Under the pieces are notes generated by a model, which searched no databases, was not told the DNA's origin, and saw only the letters and a list, made by a program, of their open reading frames with translations. 64,000 bases of DNA from Eledone cirrhosa (Eukaryota): positions 152,396,001 to 152,460,000 of the forward strand of contig OZ024741.1 of the NCBI GenBank assembly GCA_964016885.1. The letters run 5' to 3'. Shown piece after piece: positions 26,891 to 39,170 of this stretch. The first letter of the stretch is position 1. Each line of letters begins with the position of its first letter. Made by a program: the position numbers and the translations under genes.

Positions 26891-29504
26891 GGGGAGAGAG
26901 CTATACAGTCCTGGATAAGTGAAACTAATCACCAAAATATTGTTTGGGGCAAACATTATAATGGTTTCTGACACAGCCAACAATTTTGGGGGAGGGAAGG
27001 TCGATTAAATGACCCCAGTGTGTTACTGGTACTTTATTTTATCGAGCCCATAAGGATGAAAGGCAAAGCTAACCTCAACGGGATATTAACTCAGAACGTC
27101 AAGGGCCGTAACTAAAGTGTCCAACACTTTACCGATACTGCCAATCCAGGTTTCTGAATTATGCACAAGGCCAACAATTTTGGGGGGTGGAACTTGATTA
27201 AATCAACCTCAGTGCATTACAGGTACTTTTTTTATCAATCCCGAAAGGATAAAAGGCAAAGTTAACCTGAGCAGGATTTGAACTCAGTATGTAAAGAGCC
27301 ATAACTCTATGCTGTAAAGCATGTCCGATGCTCTACCCGATACTGCCAATCCACCACCCTCATCTTAATAATGAGAAAGTTATTACTAAATTGATCTAAA
27401 TTCTTTATTAATTTATTTGAAAATCATTGGCTGTCTTTCATTAGAAATACTTTATCTTCAACATAACATACAACAACAAATAAAACAACCAAGCCTGTCC
27501 TCACACAGCATGTGGTAGCCATCCATCATCATTAACATGAGAGGACCATAGAAGATATATGAAAGAGTGGAGGGGAAGAGGATGTGGAGAAGAGTGGGGA
27601 GGGACGGGTGAAGAGCGGGAGAAGGGAGAAGCTTGGGGGGAGGAGAAGAATAGTGGGAGGGAAAGAGAGGGAGATTGGGAAAGGAAGGGAGGAGGTGAAC
27701 CAAGGCATGACAATATGGAATGTGTTTAAAATGTATCAAACGTGTGGATATTGTAAATAACAATCAGACTTATAACTGATGATCGCAGTGATGGGGGAGG
27801 TCATGATAGTGGCAGTGGTGATGGCAGAGATGATAGTGGTGATGGTGGAGGTGGTGATGGCAGCGGTAGTGGTGATGGCGGCGGTGGTTGTATGGCGGCA
27901 GCGGCGGTTGTATGGCGGCAGCGGCGGTTGTATGACGGCAGTGATGGTGATGGACATGGTGACAGTGAAGATGATGGCGGTAGTGGTGGAAAAAGCAAGG
28001 AGATCAAGATAGAGCAAGTATTTGAAACTTGTTTGAAGATGCTTCACAAGGATCTATAAACATATACACAGTGGTAAAGACATGCAAACAGACACACCCA
28101 GATACATTGACATGCACACACACAGAGAAAGGGAACACACATACACACACACACACTAACAGCAGAACTAAGTAAGCAGTGTAAACTAATGTAGAGATAA
28201 GAGAGGCTGAGTGATGTAATGATGGATGACACAGCAGTTTGGATCTGTGGCACCACCATCTTCTGAATTTCATCTGGATCTTTGCATGTTGTCATAGCAA
28301 CAGTAAACTGGAAGAGGGGCGTGTAAGAGGATGGAGTGGGGATGGAATAGAAGAAAAAAAAGATCTACCAAGGAACCAGAGAAATGATTCATTCTGCACT
28401 TGAAAAATGCATTATGGCAGTCTCTGTGCATTGTTGCACTGACCAATATGCATCAAAACAACAACAGCAGTGCAATTGAAATATGAGAAAATATTGTTTG
28501 TCTACCAAAATGAACACTATTATCATGCCATGTCAGGGAAGGAGTTTCTTTGTGTCTGTACCACTGAAGGTACATCGCCTAGTGGTTAGGGTGTTTAACT
28601 CATAATTTTAATGTCACGAGTTCAATTCCCAGTGACACTTTATATCACGTTGTTCCTGTCCACTCAGCTGGTAAAAATTAGTTGTACCTGTAATTCAAAG
28701 AGCTAGCCTTGCAACAGATTGAGTCATGTTGAATCTCTCAGGGAACTACATTAAAGGTGCATGTGTCTGTGGAATGCTGTCACTTGCATGTTAATCTCAC
28801 TAGGAGGTTGTTCTGTTGTTTGAACAACTGGGCCACTCATCATTGAAACTGATGGAGGTCCAACAACTACAATATGTATACCTGTTCATTATAGCTGATT
28901 AATTCCCTCTAAGTCTCCTCCCCTGCAACAAACTCATTATTAGAAACCCCCTTCCCATATTACATCCCCTGCAAGAAGCTCCCTATTATGGACCACCCTC
29001 CCATCCATGAGTCATACAGTGAACCACTATATCAGAGCTTTGTTCCAACTTTTCACATTGCCACACACACACACCTTTTAAAAATAAACATTTTTATGAC
29101 ATTGTTTTGTTAACAGAACAAAATTAATAAAAATCAATAAATAAACAATTACATACATCTTTTGTCACTCATCACATGTCAAATTGTACAGAAAATTGTC
29201 AGATCTCAAATATATATTTCACAGCTTTTTGTTGTGATACCAGTGCAACCACTGAGGCAAGGGTGTAAGGGAATGGAAGAAGAGTGATGTGATCAGATAT
29301 GGGTGAGGTGCTAAGGCGTGGGAGATGTATGGAAGGGGGAGGGAGGATAGTGGTTAAGAGGTGCATACTAGATGTATGCTTTAGTCCGTGCACATGGGAA
29401 GACAGTTCTTTATTACTGCATAATGCCAAAGATCTCAATCATGTGTCATTGTCTTTGAGAGGTGCAATTGTACAAGTCAAATATTCAAAATTGATCAAAT
29501 TTGA

Positions 29505-29860
29505 CTGAATTTCACAACACACCTAGAGATTACCGATGACACAGTAGTGACACAGCAAACCAAGAGATTATGGCGGTGATATACTAAATGTCGTGACACA
29601 CCAAGAGATTATTAGTGACACATTCATGACACACCAAAAATGACATACAATGTGTTGCAACACACAGTGATTATTGGTGACACACACACACACACACCTA
29701 GAGATTACCAGTGACACACTCATGACACACCTAAAGATTATTGGTGACACAAAATGTCACAGCAAATCTAGAGATTATTGGTGACACATTAAATTTTGTG
29801 ACATACTCATGACACACTAAAGTGTTGCAATACACCTAGAGATTATTGGTGACATATCTT
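29505..29860. repeat. Irregular minisatellite
   Basis: Recurring cacacctagagattattggtgacaca motif, about 7 variants. Confidence 0.75.
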
Positions 29861-30197
29861 GCAGATCATAAGTCAGTTGTTCCTCCAAGTGTTCTATCAC
29901 ACACTAGATATAGTTGCTAAGTATTGCCATCCATGTGGAAGAAACATGTGTAAGGTTTAACAATCTCTAAATTATAATTTTTCAGTACATAACTGTAGAT
30001 TAGGAATCAGGTGGTAAGAACATGTGAACAATTAGTGAGCGAGAGAAATGGTTAACATAACTGATAACTTTAAAAGATTGTCATGCTGGAAATAGTTGGG
30101 ACTTCTCAGAGATGAGATGGAATTATGGTGACCCAGTACATATCTAATAGAGCATAAGCCATTTGATCCACCAATTGTTCTACCATACAAGATTACT

Positions 30198-30388
30198 GCA
30201 ATAATTGTTTCTACTTTTGGCACAAGGCCAGCAATTATCCCAGTGTATTACTGGTACTTTATTATATCAACCCCGTAAGGATGAAAGGCAAAGTTAACCT
30301 CGGCGGGTTTGGAACTCAGAATGACAAGGACAATAATTATACGTCAAAGCATGGCGGCCGACCCTCTACCGTTACTGCCAATCCACCG
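30198..30388 (-). mobile_element. Family A SINE
   Basis: Full-length reverse-complement copy. Confidence 0.85.
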
Positions 30389-31679
30389 CAACAATATTTT
30401 TCCATTTGTCTTCACTGATCAAATGTAAGGAAATAAGTACATTGATCCTTTGAGGGTTTCAATAACGAGTCTACCAGTTATTTGATCAACTCAACTTCCA
30501 GTTCATTGCATTACAGAATAAAGCTTTGAATTAACCCTTTTGATACAACCTGCCCAAAACTGCCTTTGTTTCTATGAAACACAACCACCCATTTTAAATG
30601 GTTCCTAATTAAAACCTTCCGACAATTTAATGTAAGAACATTTTGTTATGTTACCAATACCATCTTAATGAAATTATAATTTGAATGAATTCTTCATTAA
30701 TAAATTCAAATACAAGTATTTCATTAGAAATATACTAATGAATGAGTTAAAGTGTTTCAATTCTATTGGCTCATCAGGCCAGAGCTGATCCCAGTTTTAT
30801 GTGGCAAATAACAAAATAGAAAACTATCTCTAGGCAGGAGGCCAGGCTTAAGCAAATTGAACACCTAGCTGCTGGTACTTGTTTTTCAGTTAAATGGACT
30901 GGGGCAACATCAAATTTAGTGTTTTGTTCAAGGACAATACCCCCCATCTGGTTGGGTAATTGAACTCATGACCCTATGATTATAAACAACACCCTAAACA
31001 TGAGGCCACGAGCCTTCACATATAGTATTAAGTAAGCTGAATATCCTGCTACAGTTGCTGGTACTTTTAACCTAATTAGTGAACAGCTGAAAATAGCAGC
31101 CAAATATCCCTCAAATAACACTACCATCTTAGAAAAGGATGGAAGCATTGGGCAATGAAATCCTATGCATTCAAAAAGAGATTGATATGGTTGGAACAGC
31201 TTTGATCATTAGTCTGCTTGATCAGGGATACACTATCACTTCAGATCCTCTACCTTTATTGTCATACAACACTAAACCACTGACTGACACTTCACACTAC
31301 AGCTAGATGATTCTAAATTATACAAACCTGGTCTCAAATAGTGTTAAGTATATGAGAGGAGGGATCATTCTACCTCTGGATAAGACAACACTTTTGCAAT
31401 ATCTCTCCCACCACTGAAAGCTATTATTGCATACAGTTGTTCACCAAAGCAGAGATTTACATTAAATATCTGAAGACATGTCAGTGTAGTTAAGTTTGCT
31501 TCACAACCATGAATTCTTGGATACTATCCCACTGCATGCACATTGGGCAAATGTCTTCTACAATATGCTTGGTCTGCCCAATGTCTTGTGAGTAAATTTG
31601 GTCGATGGAAACTAAGGTAGTCTGTAGTATGAATGTGTACATAAGTGGATTTCTCATCTTTTTCAATATTGCAGGTGGT

Positions 31680-32872
31680 TCATCATCACCATTTAACGTC
31701 TATTTTCCACGCTTGCATGGTTTAGACAGGTCGTCCATGTTAAAAGGCAAATCTGGCCACTTGGCCACACTGTACCTTGCTCAAACAGAACTGCATTTTG
31801 ACAGGGTTTTTTTACAGCTGGATGCCTTTCTTAACACCAAACATGTTTACAGTGTGGAACTGGATCCTGTTATGAGAAGGGTCTGGTCAGTTGGCTATGC
31901 CATACCCTGCTCATAGCAAAACTGTATTTTGGTTGGGTTTTTATGGTTGCTGGATGCCCTTCCTAGCACCAACCACATTTATAGAGTTTACAGTGCGAGA
32001 CTGGGTTGTACCGTTACGAGGCACGTCTGGTCAGTTGGCCGTGCCATACTTTGCTCATAGCTGAACCATATTTTGGGAGCAGGCTAATTATGAGGAAGAC
32101 TTGGCCAGTTGGCTGCACCATATCTAGCTCCTAGCATGACGGTAATTTGGCTGCTGGATGCCCTTCCTAGAACCTATCCCATTTACAATATTTACAGTGT
32201 GGGATTGGGTGGTTCCCTTATGAGGCAAGTCTAGCCAGTTGGCCACACTACATTGCTATTAGCGAGACCATTTTAGGGGAACTGGGTGGTCCCTACATGA
32301 GGAAGGTCTGGCAAGTTGGCTGCATTGTACCTTGCTCCTAATGTGACCATATTTTGGCTGGGTTTTTGCAGTTGCTGGATGCCCTTCCTAACACCAACCA
32401 CATTTACAGCATGTGACTGGGTGATCCCATTATGAGACAAGTCTGGCCAGTCGGCCACACCGTATGTAGCTCATAGCGAGACTGCATTTTGGCTGGGATT
32501 TTATGACTGCTGGATGCCATTCCTAACACTAACCACGTTTACAGTGTGGAATTGGGTGGTTCTGTTGAGGAGGGTCTAGCCAGTTAACCACACTATATCT
32601 TGCTCATAGCAGGACCATGTTTTGGTTGGGTTTTTGCAGTGCCCTTCCTAACACCAATAATCTTTACAGCATGGGAATTGGTGGTCCCATTATGAAGCAA
32701 GTCTGGGCAGTTGGCAGCGCCGTACCTTGTTGATAGTGGGACTACGTTTTAACAAGGTTTTTACGACTGCTGGATTTCCTTCCACATTTACATTGTGGAA
32801 CCGGGTGGTTCCATTATGAAGAGGGTCTAGCCAGTCGGTCGCTCCATACCTTATTCATAGCGGAACCATATT
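31680..32872 (-). repeat. Tandem ~120-bp degenerate array derived from an RTE/SINE 3' segment
   Basis: About 9-10 variants of ctggatgcccttcctaacaccaacc..tttacagtgtgg..ttatgag..gtctggccagttggc..ttgctcatagc, preceded once by the catcatc..tttaacgtc tail. Confidence 0.8.
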
Positions 32873-33439
32873 ATAATTGATTATATTTTATGTAAACTGA
32901 ACCCACAACCCAGCATTGAAAAAAAAAAAAGTAGAATGGAGTGCCTTAACTAAGATCACAACTACAGCTGACATAGCACATTTTTAGAGAATTTGACATT
33001 GTTTCAACACCCCCAACACACAAACAGATACCAGATATACTGAGTACACACACAAATATGCATGAAACACACAATCAAGCAGACTGACAAAAATAAATTC
33101 ACCCAACATCAACACATGATAATTAGTCAGAAGTAACATATGATTATGAAATAGGAAAATAGGTCATTCAGATATTTTGCAAATAACTGAATAACTTTCA
33201 TTTTTATATGTTTATAGATATACTACCTGAGGTACCCGGTTTTGCCCAGGAGAACAGTTAAGAGAAGACGGATAAAAGAGAAAACAACTGTATTGGATGA
33301 GTTGTCTGGTTTACAGTACGAGGTGAGACCGCAGACACAGAGAGAGAGAGAGAGAGAGAGCGAGCAAGAGAGCGAGGGCGAGAGAGAGAGACAAACAAAA
33401 AACAATCATAAAACTTCCTTATTAGGCTGGGTGAGTAAA

Positions 33440-33935
33440 CTACCGATTGGCCTTGGATTTTAAATGTGAAATAGCCATAGTCAGTAAGATCTTTTTCAGC
33501 TCCAAAGGACGTGATCTGAAACACAGCAATATACCGTATTTAGCTTCGTTAGTATGGTCTGTAAACAGTATATGGATAAAAGCTGGAGGGTCCTCTATCA
33601 TTGGAAATCTGACCTTTCCTCCTAAGCAATACATGCCAAATGTAATATCCATGCTACCAATCGCAACTTTAGGATAATATCTATAATTCTTTGATGAATC
33701 ATATGAAAATGCAGCTCTTAGCCAGTTTATTCTGCCTTGAAGAGTCGTTTGTGCTCAAGTTTGCATCGCAACTGCCATTGCCTCTTGGTGATTATCATAT
33801 TGAACCTCTGTTTATTGCGATAGTCTTTCTTCTTAATCTTTCTGTTTCCTGTCTCAAGTTCTGTACACTATCAGAAAGTTGCGATCATCTTTCTTGTTGT
33901 CTTAACCTTTCTGCTTCCCATCTCATATTATGAAT
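33440..33935 (-). pseudogene. Helitron Rep/helicase N-terminal fragment
   Basis: AAFSYDSSKNY..PKVAIGSMD..GMYCLGGKVRFPMIEDPP..LF, then frameshifted FQITSFGAEK....FTFKIQGQ. These match the Helitron motifs CC..GKV.LP and F.MTSFGA...TFKIQGQ. Confidence 0.82.
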
Positions 33936-34369
33936 CAGGTCAATAATAACATAACACTATCCTCAAAAAGCTAAATTAATATACACCGTAGATTAATTTC
34001 AAATAATATTAATTTTTTTCTGTGTTCTGTAATATCAAAGACTGGTGTAAAACGAATTTATAAAAAAATAAAATTAGAATTTTATTTCTCACCCTAGTAT
34101 AGCCGATACATAAATGCAAGGGCCTTGTTTTTTAAACGTCTAAATGCATAAATGTAAGTATGCACACGTACACATACACATATACATATGTATGTATGGG
34201 TTATATCGAACATTATTAATAATTGTCTCTACTTTAGGCACAAGGCCAGCAATTACCCAGTGCATTACTGGTACTGTTCGATTCGTTTGTAAACAAACAG
34301 CCCAATTTGAAGCTGAGCTGTGCCCATGAACAAGCGTCACCTGTGTGTTCAACACTGGCTTTGAGAAAC

Positions 34370-34408
34370 AATCAACATGTTTCTGGGTCATTGCCCTTCA
34401 TCAGGACT
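34370..34408 (-). ncRNA. Minimal hammerhead ribozyme motif (slightly degenerate)
   Basis: Minus strand AGTC-CTGATGA-A-GGG-CAATGA-CCC-A-GAAA-CATGTT-GATT, with palindromic stem III AACATGTT and stem I AGTC/GATT. Confidence 0.55.
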
Positions 34409-34619
34409 GTATACCTCTCCTAGTCTGTTGAACGGTTGAAAATACATAGTATTTTCTTAAGTACACATCAGCTGAATAGCCTCATTTGCATACCGAGCGA
34501 GTTATGGCTGGCCTTGCCAAATAATAATACAATTAGAATTTTATTTCTCATCCTAGCACATCTGATACATATATGATGCACACACACATACACACATATA
34601 TATATATATATATATATGC

Positions 34620-34894
34620 ATACATACATACATACACATCCATACATATATATATATACATCCATACATATATACATATACATCCATACATATATACATA
34701 TACATCCATACATATATACATATACATCCATACATATATACATATACATCCATACATATATACATATACATCCATACATATATACATATACATCCATACA
34801 TATATACATATACATCCATACATATATACATATACATCCATACATATATACATATACATCCATACATATATACATACATCCATACATATATACA

Positions 34895-34928
<34 letters not shown>

Positions 34929-35062
34929 CATATACACATATATACATATACATACATATATACATACATATATATATACATATACATACATACATATATA
35001 CATATACATACATATATACATACATATATATATACATATACATACATACATATACATACATA
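34620..35062. repeat. 22-bp minisatellite grading into (CATA/TA)n
   Basis: catatacatccatacatatata repeated about 11 times. Confidence 0.92.
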
Positions 35063-35639
35063 TGCACACTTTATAAAAGCTAAGGCAATATTTTTAAACA
35101 TTCAACTGATACTTTGATCTATACTTTAAGCCAATTCTAGACTTTTGTGGGACATCTCTCTCTCTAAATATCTAACACTAATTGTATCTCTCTCTGTATA
35201 ATGGCCTATCTCTCTGCCTCTGCCTCTCTTTAGATGTGTGTGTGTTCATTATGTCAGTTGTCACAGAAATGTATGTATACTCACACACACATACACTCAC
35301 ATACATCCACACATACTTGTCAGTCATCACATGTATGTTTGTATAGATGTCTGTGTGTGTAATTCTCTGTGCAACTTACTAAGGCTTAACGTACCTAACG
35401 AACGCGCAAACACACACACATACACACTCATATACAAAATGTGATGTCGTGATGGTGTTATAAAATGCTTACTATAGTTGACTATAGAAAGATTATTTTT
35501 GATAAAATATTATATTGTTTTAATCCAAATGAAAATAAAAATTACATGTTAATCCCGGGGTCTAATACTATAACCTTGTAAAATTTGATTTGATTTGGTC
35601 GAGCCATTTGAGAAAGCATAAGGAGACAGACAGACAGAG

Positions 35640-35678
<39 letters not shown>

Positions 35679-36097
35679 TGTATACATATGTATATATAAC
35701 ATTTCAAAAATAAACTATCAAAGAGTTCAACAGAGTTGAATTCTTAGAAAATGTAAAAATCTCAAAAGCAGAAATTAACTGTAACCACAGTCAATTGCTA
35801 AAAGTAATAGCTTAAAAAAATCAAGTAAAATACCGTTATAGATGAAAAAAATGTGATCAGCAACCAACAAAAAAATTGAATTCCATAAATCTCAAATTCC
35901 AGCCAGGTGCTTTATACCATTGAACTAATATATATATATGTATATATATATTCCCGTCTAACCCATGCTAGTGTGGAAAGTGGATGATAAATGATGATGA
36001 TGAGTGTGTAAAAGGTAAACAGAAATAACAATAACAAAAACAGCACAGTATATGGAACAAATATATTAGTTTAACACTTAAAATAGCAGGAAGAGAG

Positions 36098-36133
36098 TCT
36101 TAACATTTCAGACACTAGTCCTTCATCAGAAGA
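36098..36133 (-). ncRNA. Decayed copy of the Penelope-type hammerhead motif
   Basis: Minus strand TCTT-CTGATGA-AGGACTAGTGTCT-GAAA-TGTTAAGA. Its flanks are homologous to 14720-14885, and the differences are CpG-to-TpG changes. Confidence 0.6.
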
Positions 36134-36639
36134 TAGAGTTAGAAAGAGAAGATAAATAGAAAGTAAAGAGTAATGAGAGGAAGAAACAGGGAAAATGAGA
36201 AAAAAAAAAGTGGAGAAAATAACGTGCGTATTCAGTCGGCCATCTATACGTGTGTGTGTGTGCGTTATGTATGGAAAAAGCCAATGAGGAAAAACAACAA
36301 AGGAGAACAATACAGTATAATGATGAAAGATTAGTATAATGCTTGCTATAGTAAAAAAATATGTATATATTTACTTATTTGATCAATTTAAACGTCTGTA
36401 TAGAGCTAGTAAGCCATGGCAGATTAGAGGAAATATCTAGTATTTCTTACAGTTGGGAAACATAAAAAAAGAAATAGATATGGAGATAAGTGAATATAAA
36501 TTTAAAGACAAATACAGGAGGCAGAATAAGCACAAAAAAGATAGGTAGATGTGGGTGTATGGGGGGGGGGACATGTGTGTGGGGGGGGGGGGCATGTGCA
36601 TGTGCGCGTGCGTGTGCGCATGTGTGTGTATATATATCT

Positions 36640-38030
36640 ATGACTTTAGAAATGGTAGAAGGACAATGAACATGACCTTTACAGTGAGACAGCTGCAAGA
36701 GAAATGCATTGAGCAGAGGCTGGACCTGTATCAGGTTTTTATTGATCTGACAAAGGCACTTGATACAGTCAATAGAATTGCCCTGTGGAAGATTCTCAGG
36801 AAACTCAAGTGTCCTGTGTTGAGAGATTTCCATGATGAAAAGACAGCATGTGTTAATGTAGGTGGTAAGCTCTCTGATCCCATTGTGATTGAAAATGGCG
36901 TTAAGCAAGGAGATATCCTGGTGTCAACTGTTTGCGTTGTACTTTGCTTTGGTTATCTTGATGGGCTTTTGAAGGTTGATTACATGGGGTCTACATTGGA
37001 TATCAAACAACAGGTAAAGTGTTCAATGTCAGAAGGTTGGCTGCCAGAATGAAAATATTTACATTACCGATACGTGAATTCTCGCATGCTGATGATTGTG
37101 ATCTTGTCTCTCATTCCGAGAGTAATATGAAACATCTTATGGTTTTTTTTCGAAAGCATGCAGTGCTTTGGGCTTAATCAATCTGAAAAAGACTGGTGTT
37201 GTATCAACCAGCACCAGGCAAAGCTTACTCTACACCAAACAAATATGTCTATGGCCAGAGATTGAAAGTTATGGATAGGTTTGTATATCTAGGCAGCACT
37301 GTGTATATGACCTATAATCTGGATGAAGAAATCTCCCACCGAATCAAGAAGGCAAGTGATTCATTTGGATAACTGGATGGACGTCTATGGTCTCAGTATG
37401 GTATTTCCATTGAGACAAAGTTAAAAGTGTATAATGCTTATGTTTTGTCCTCTTTGCTGTATGCATCTGAGACTTGGGTCCCTTACCAAAAGCATCTCAA
37501 AAGGTTGGTGCACTTTTACCAACAGTGTCTTCGATGTGTATAAGGCATCCACTGGAAAATGTATGGAAGTGACATTGAAGTCCTCAAACGCAGTCGGTCT
37601 ACCAGTCTCATATTTCAATATCAATTAAGATGGAGTGGTCATGTAGTGAAAATGGATGATGATCGCATCCCTAGGCAGTTCCTGTATGGTGAGCTGGTTG
37701 GCACACAAACCAAAACTGAGATACAGGGATTGCATTAAAAGCACACTGGCAGGATGAAAAAAAATTGGAGAAAGACTGGGAGAACCTCGCGCTAGATTGA
37801 CTTTCTTAGAGGAAGGCAGTTCATAATGAGAGGGGAGAATTTGAAAGAAACCGTGTTGAGCATGACCAGCTCAAGCGGTGTGCTCATAAGGGCGTTGAGT
37901 TTAGCTTGTCTAAGTATGTTGGCATGCATGTTGAATTAACCTATAAAGAATGTGGCTGGTTATGTCTAAGTAGGGCGGGCCTTGGAAGTCATTGAAGAAT
38001 CCACATACATGGGAACACTATCAACAGTGC
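36640..38030 (+). mobile_element. RTE-clade LINE, 5'-truncated, disrupted RT and C-terminal domain
   Basis: FIDLTKALDTVNR, NGVKQGDIL, HADD (the YADD motif), FVYLGS, LLYASETW, QLRWSGHVVKM and C-terminal ECGWLCLSRAGLGSH zinc-finger-like motif. Many frameshifts. Confidence 0.92.
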
Positions 38031-38304
38031 ATTATTTCATTCGACGTCGAATGAAATACTTTGAAGAATTTCTTATAGCTCTTTATGTTCTGAGTTCAAA
38101 TACTGCAGATGTCACTTTTGATTTCTTCTTTCTGGAGATGGGGAAGGCTATAAAATAAAGTACCTGTTGAGTACTGAGGTCGTTATAATTGACTTCTCTT
38201 CCCCCCAGATTGCTGGCCGTCTACCTAAATTAGTAACTATTTTTATGGTTGTTTATTTTGCCTTTTTTTTACTTAATCTAAACCAACTCTTTTCCTATCT
38301 TGTC

Positions 38305-39170
38305 CCTGTAGTGTAATTCCCAACGTCTTAGTTGGCCCCTAATGGCCAAAAAAAAATGTTTAATCTTGATTTTTTAAAACACTGTTGAACTTAGTTACAT
38401 CCCTTTTGGGGGTTGAGTAAGGCATGCTGTAATCGTTGCCTTAAAGGCAGAGTATAATTATTTAGAGATTGTTCACTTCCTGAAAGTTAGTTGTTTCTTG
38501 TTAGACTTCACAAAGAACTGATAGCTACAGCAGTAGCCAAACATAAAATGCCTGCTAATGGTCCTAATACCATCAGAACACTCAAATTTGTACAAAAGGT
38601 GTAGAAAATTATCAATATGACTGCTAGAAAGTCAACTAGTGCCACTGTTAAGGAGCTTAAGGTTTCAAGGCACATTATTGAAAGAGTTGTCATGCAAGTC
38701 ATATGTGATGCAGAAAGGCCAATTCATATCTGCAAATACAAAAGATAACCATCTGATCTGTACATAGTGCTTGTTGAGCAAGATAAAACATCAAGAGCCT
38801 GGAATACTTTGGTTTTTCTCTGATGAGAAAAACTTTGATCAGGACCAAAAAGTCAACCAAAGGAATGACAGATGGTTATGCAAAAACCCTGAAGACATAC
38901 CAATGGACATGCACACAAAGTTTCCAGCAACTGTGATGTTTCTGGAAGTCAGGAGCATCAAGGGAGAAGTCAATCCTTATTTATTTCCTTAGGCCTTAAG
39001 AGTCAATGCTGCTGACTATAAGGAAGTGTTTGAGAGGGTTGTGAAGCCTTGGATAGAGATTATGAGCAAAGATGACTGTACACCTACCAACAAAACTCTG
39101 TGCCATCTCATAAGGCCAGGATGGCCTAATACCAGATGAGTTACAATCTCCATGATCACATCACCCATAT
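38305..39170 (+). mobile_element. Fossil Tc1/mariner transposon, probably DD37D (maT)-like
   Basis: WFFSDEKNFDQDQKVNQRNDRWL...TKFPATVM, then VNAADYKEVFERVVKPWI. Disrupted and 3'-truncated. Confidence 0.75.

Larger units (their letters stand above)
33223..35678 (-). mobile_element. Non-autonomous Helitron with Rep/Hel N-terminal remnant
   Basis: Minus strand 5' end A|TC(TA)n..TCTGTCTGTCTG. 3' end is a GC hairpin CCTGGGCAAAACCGGG followed by GTAG|T (one change from CTAG). Inserted in an AT dinucleotide. Confidence 0.75.

Noticed and set aside
27736-28047. Thr/Ala/Pro-rich mucin-like ORFs
   Set aside because: Degenerate (GGT/GAT/GGC)n trinucleotide tract with no splice or domain support.
33242-33463. 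Plus-strand basic ORF (MPRRTVKRRRIKEK...)
   Set aside because: Non-ATG start, includes an (AG)n run and lies antisense within the Helitron 3' end.
34468-35101. Five overlapping 155-199 aa ORFs
   Set aside because: Stop-free frames of a 22-bp/(CATA)n minisatellite.
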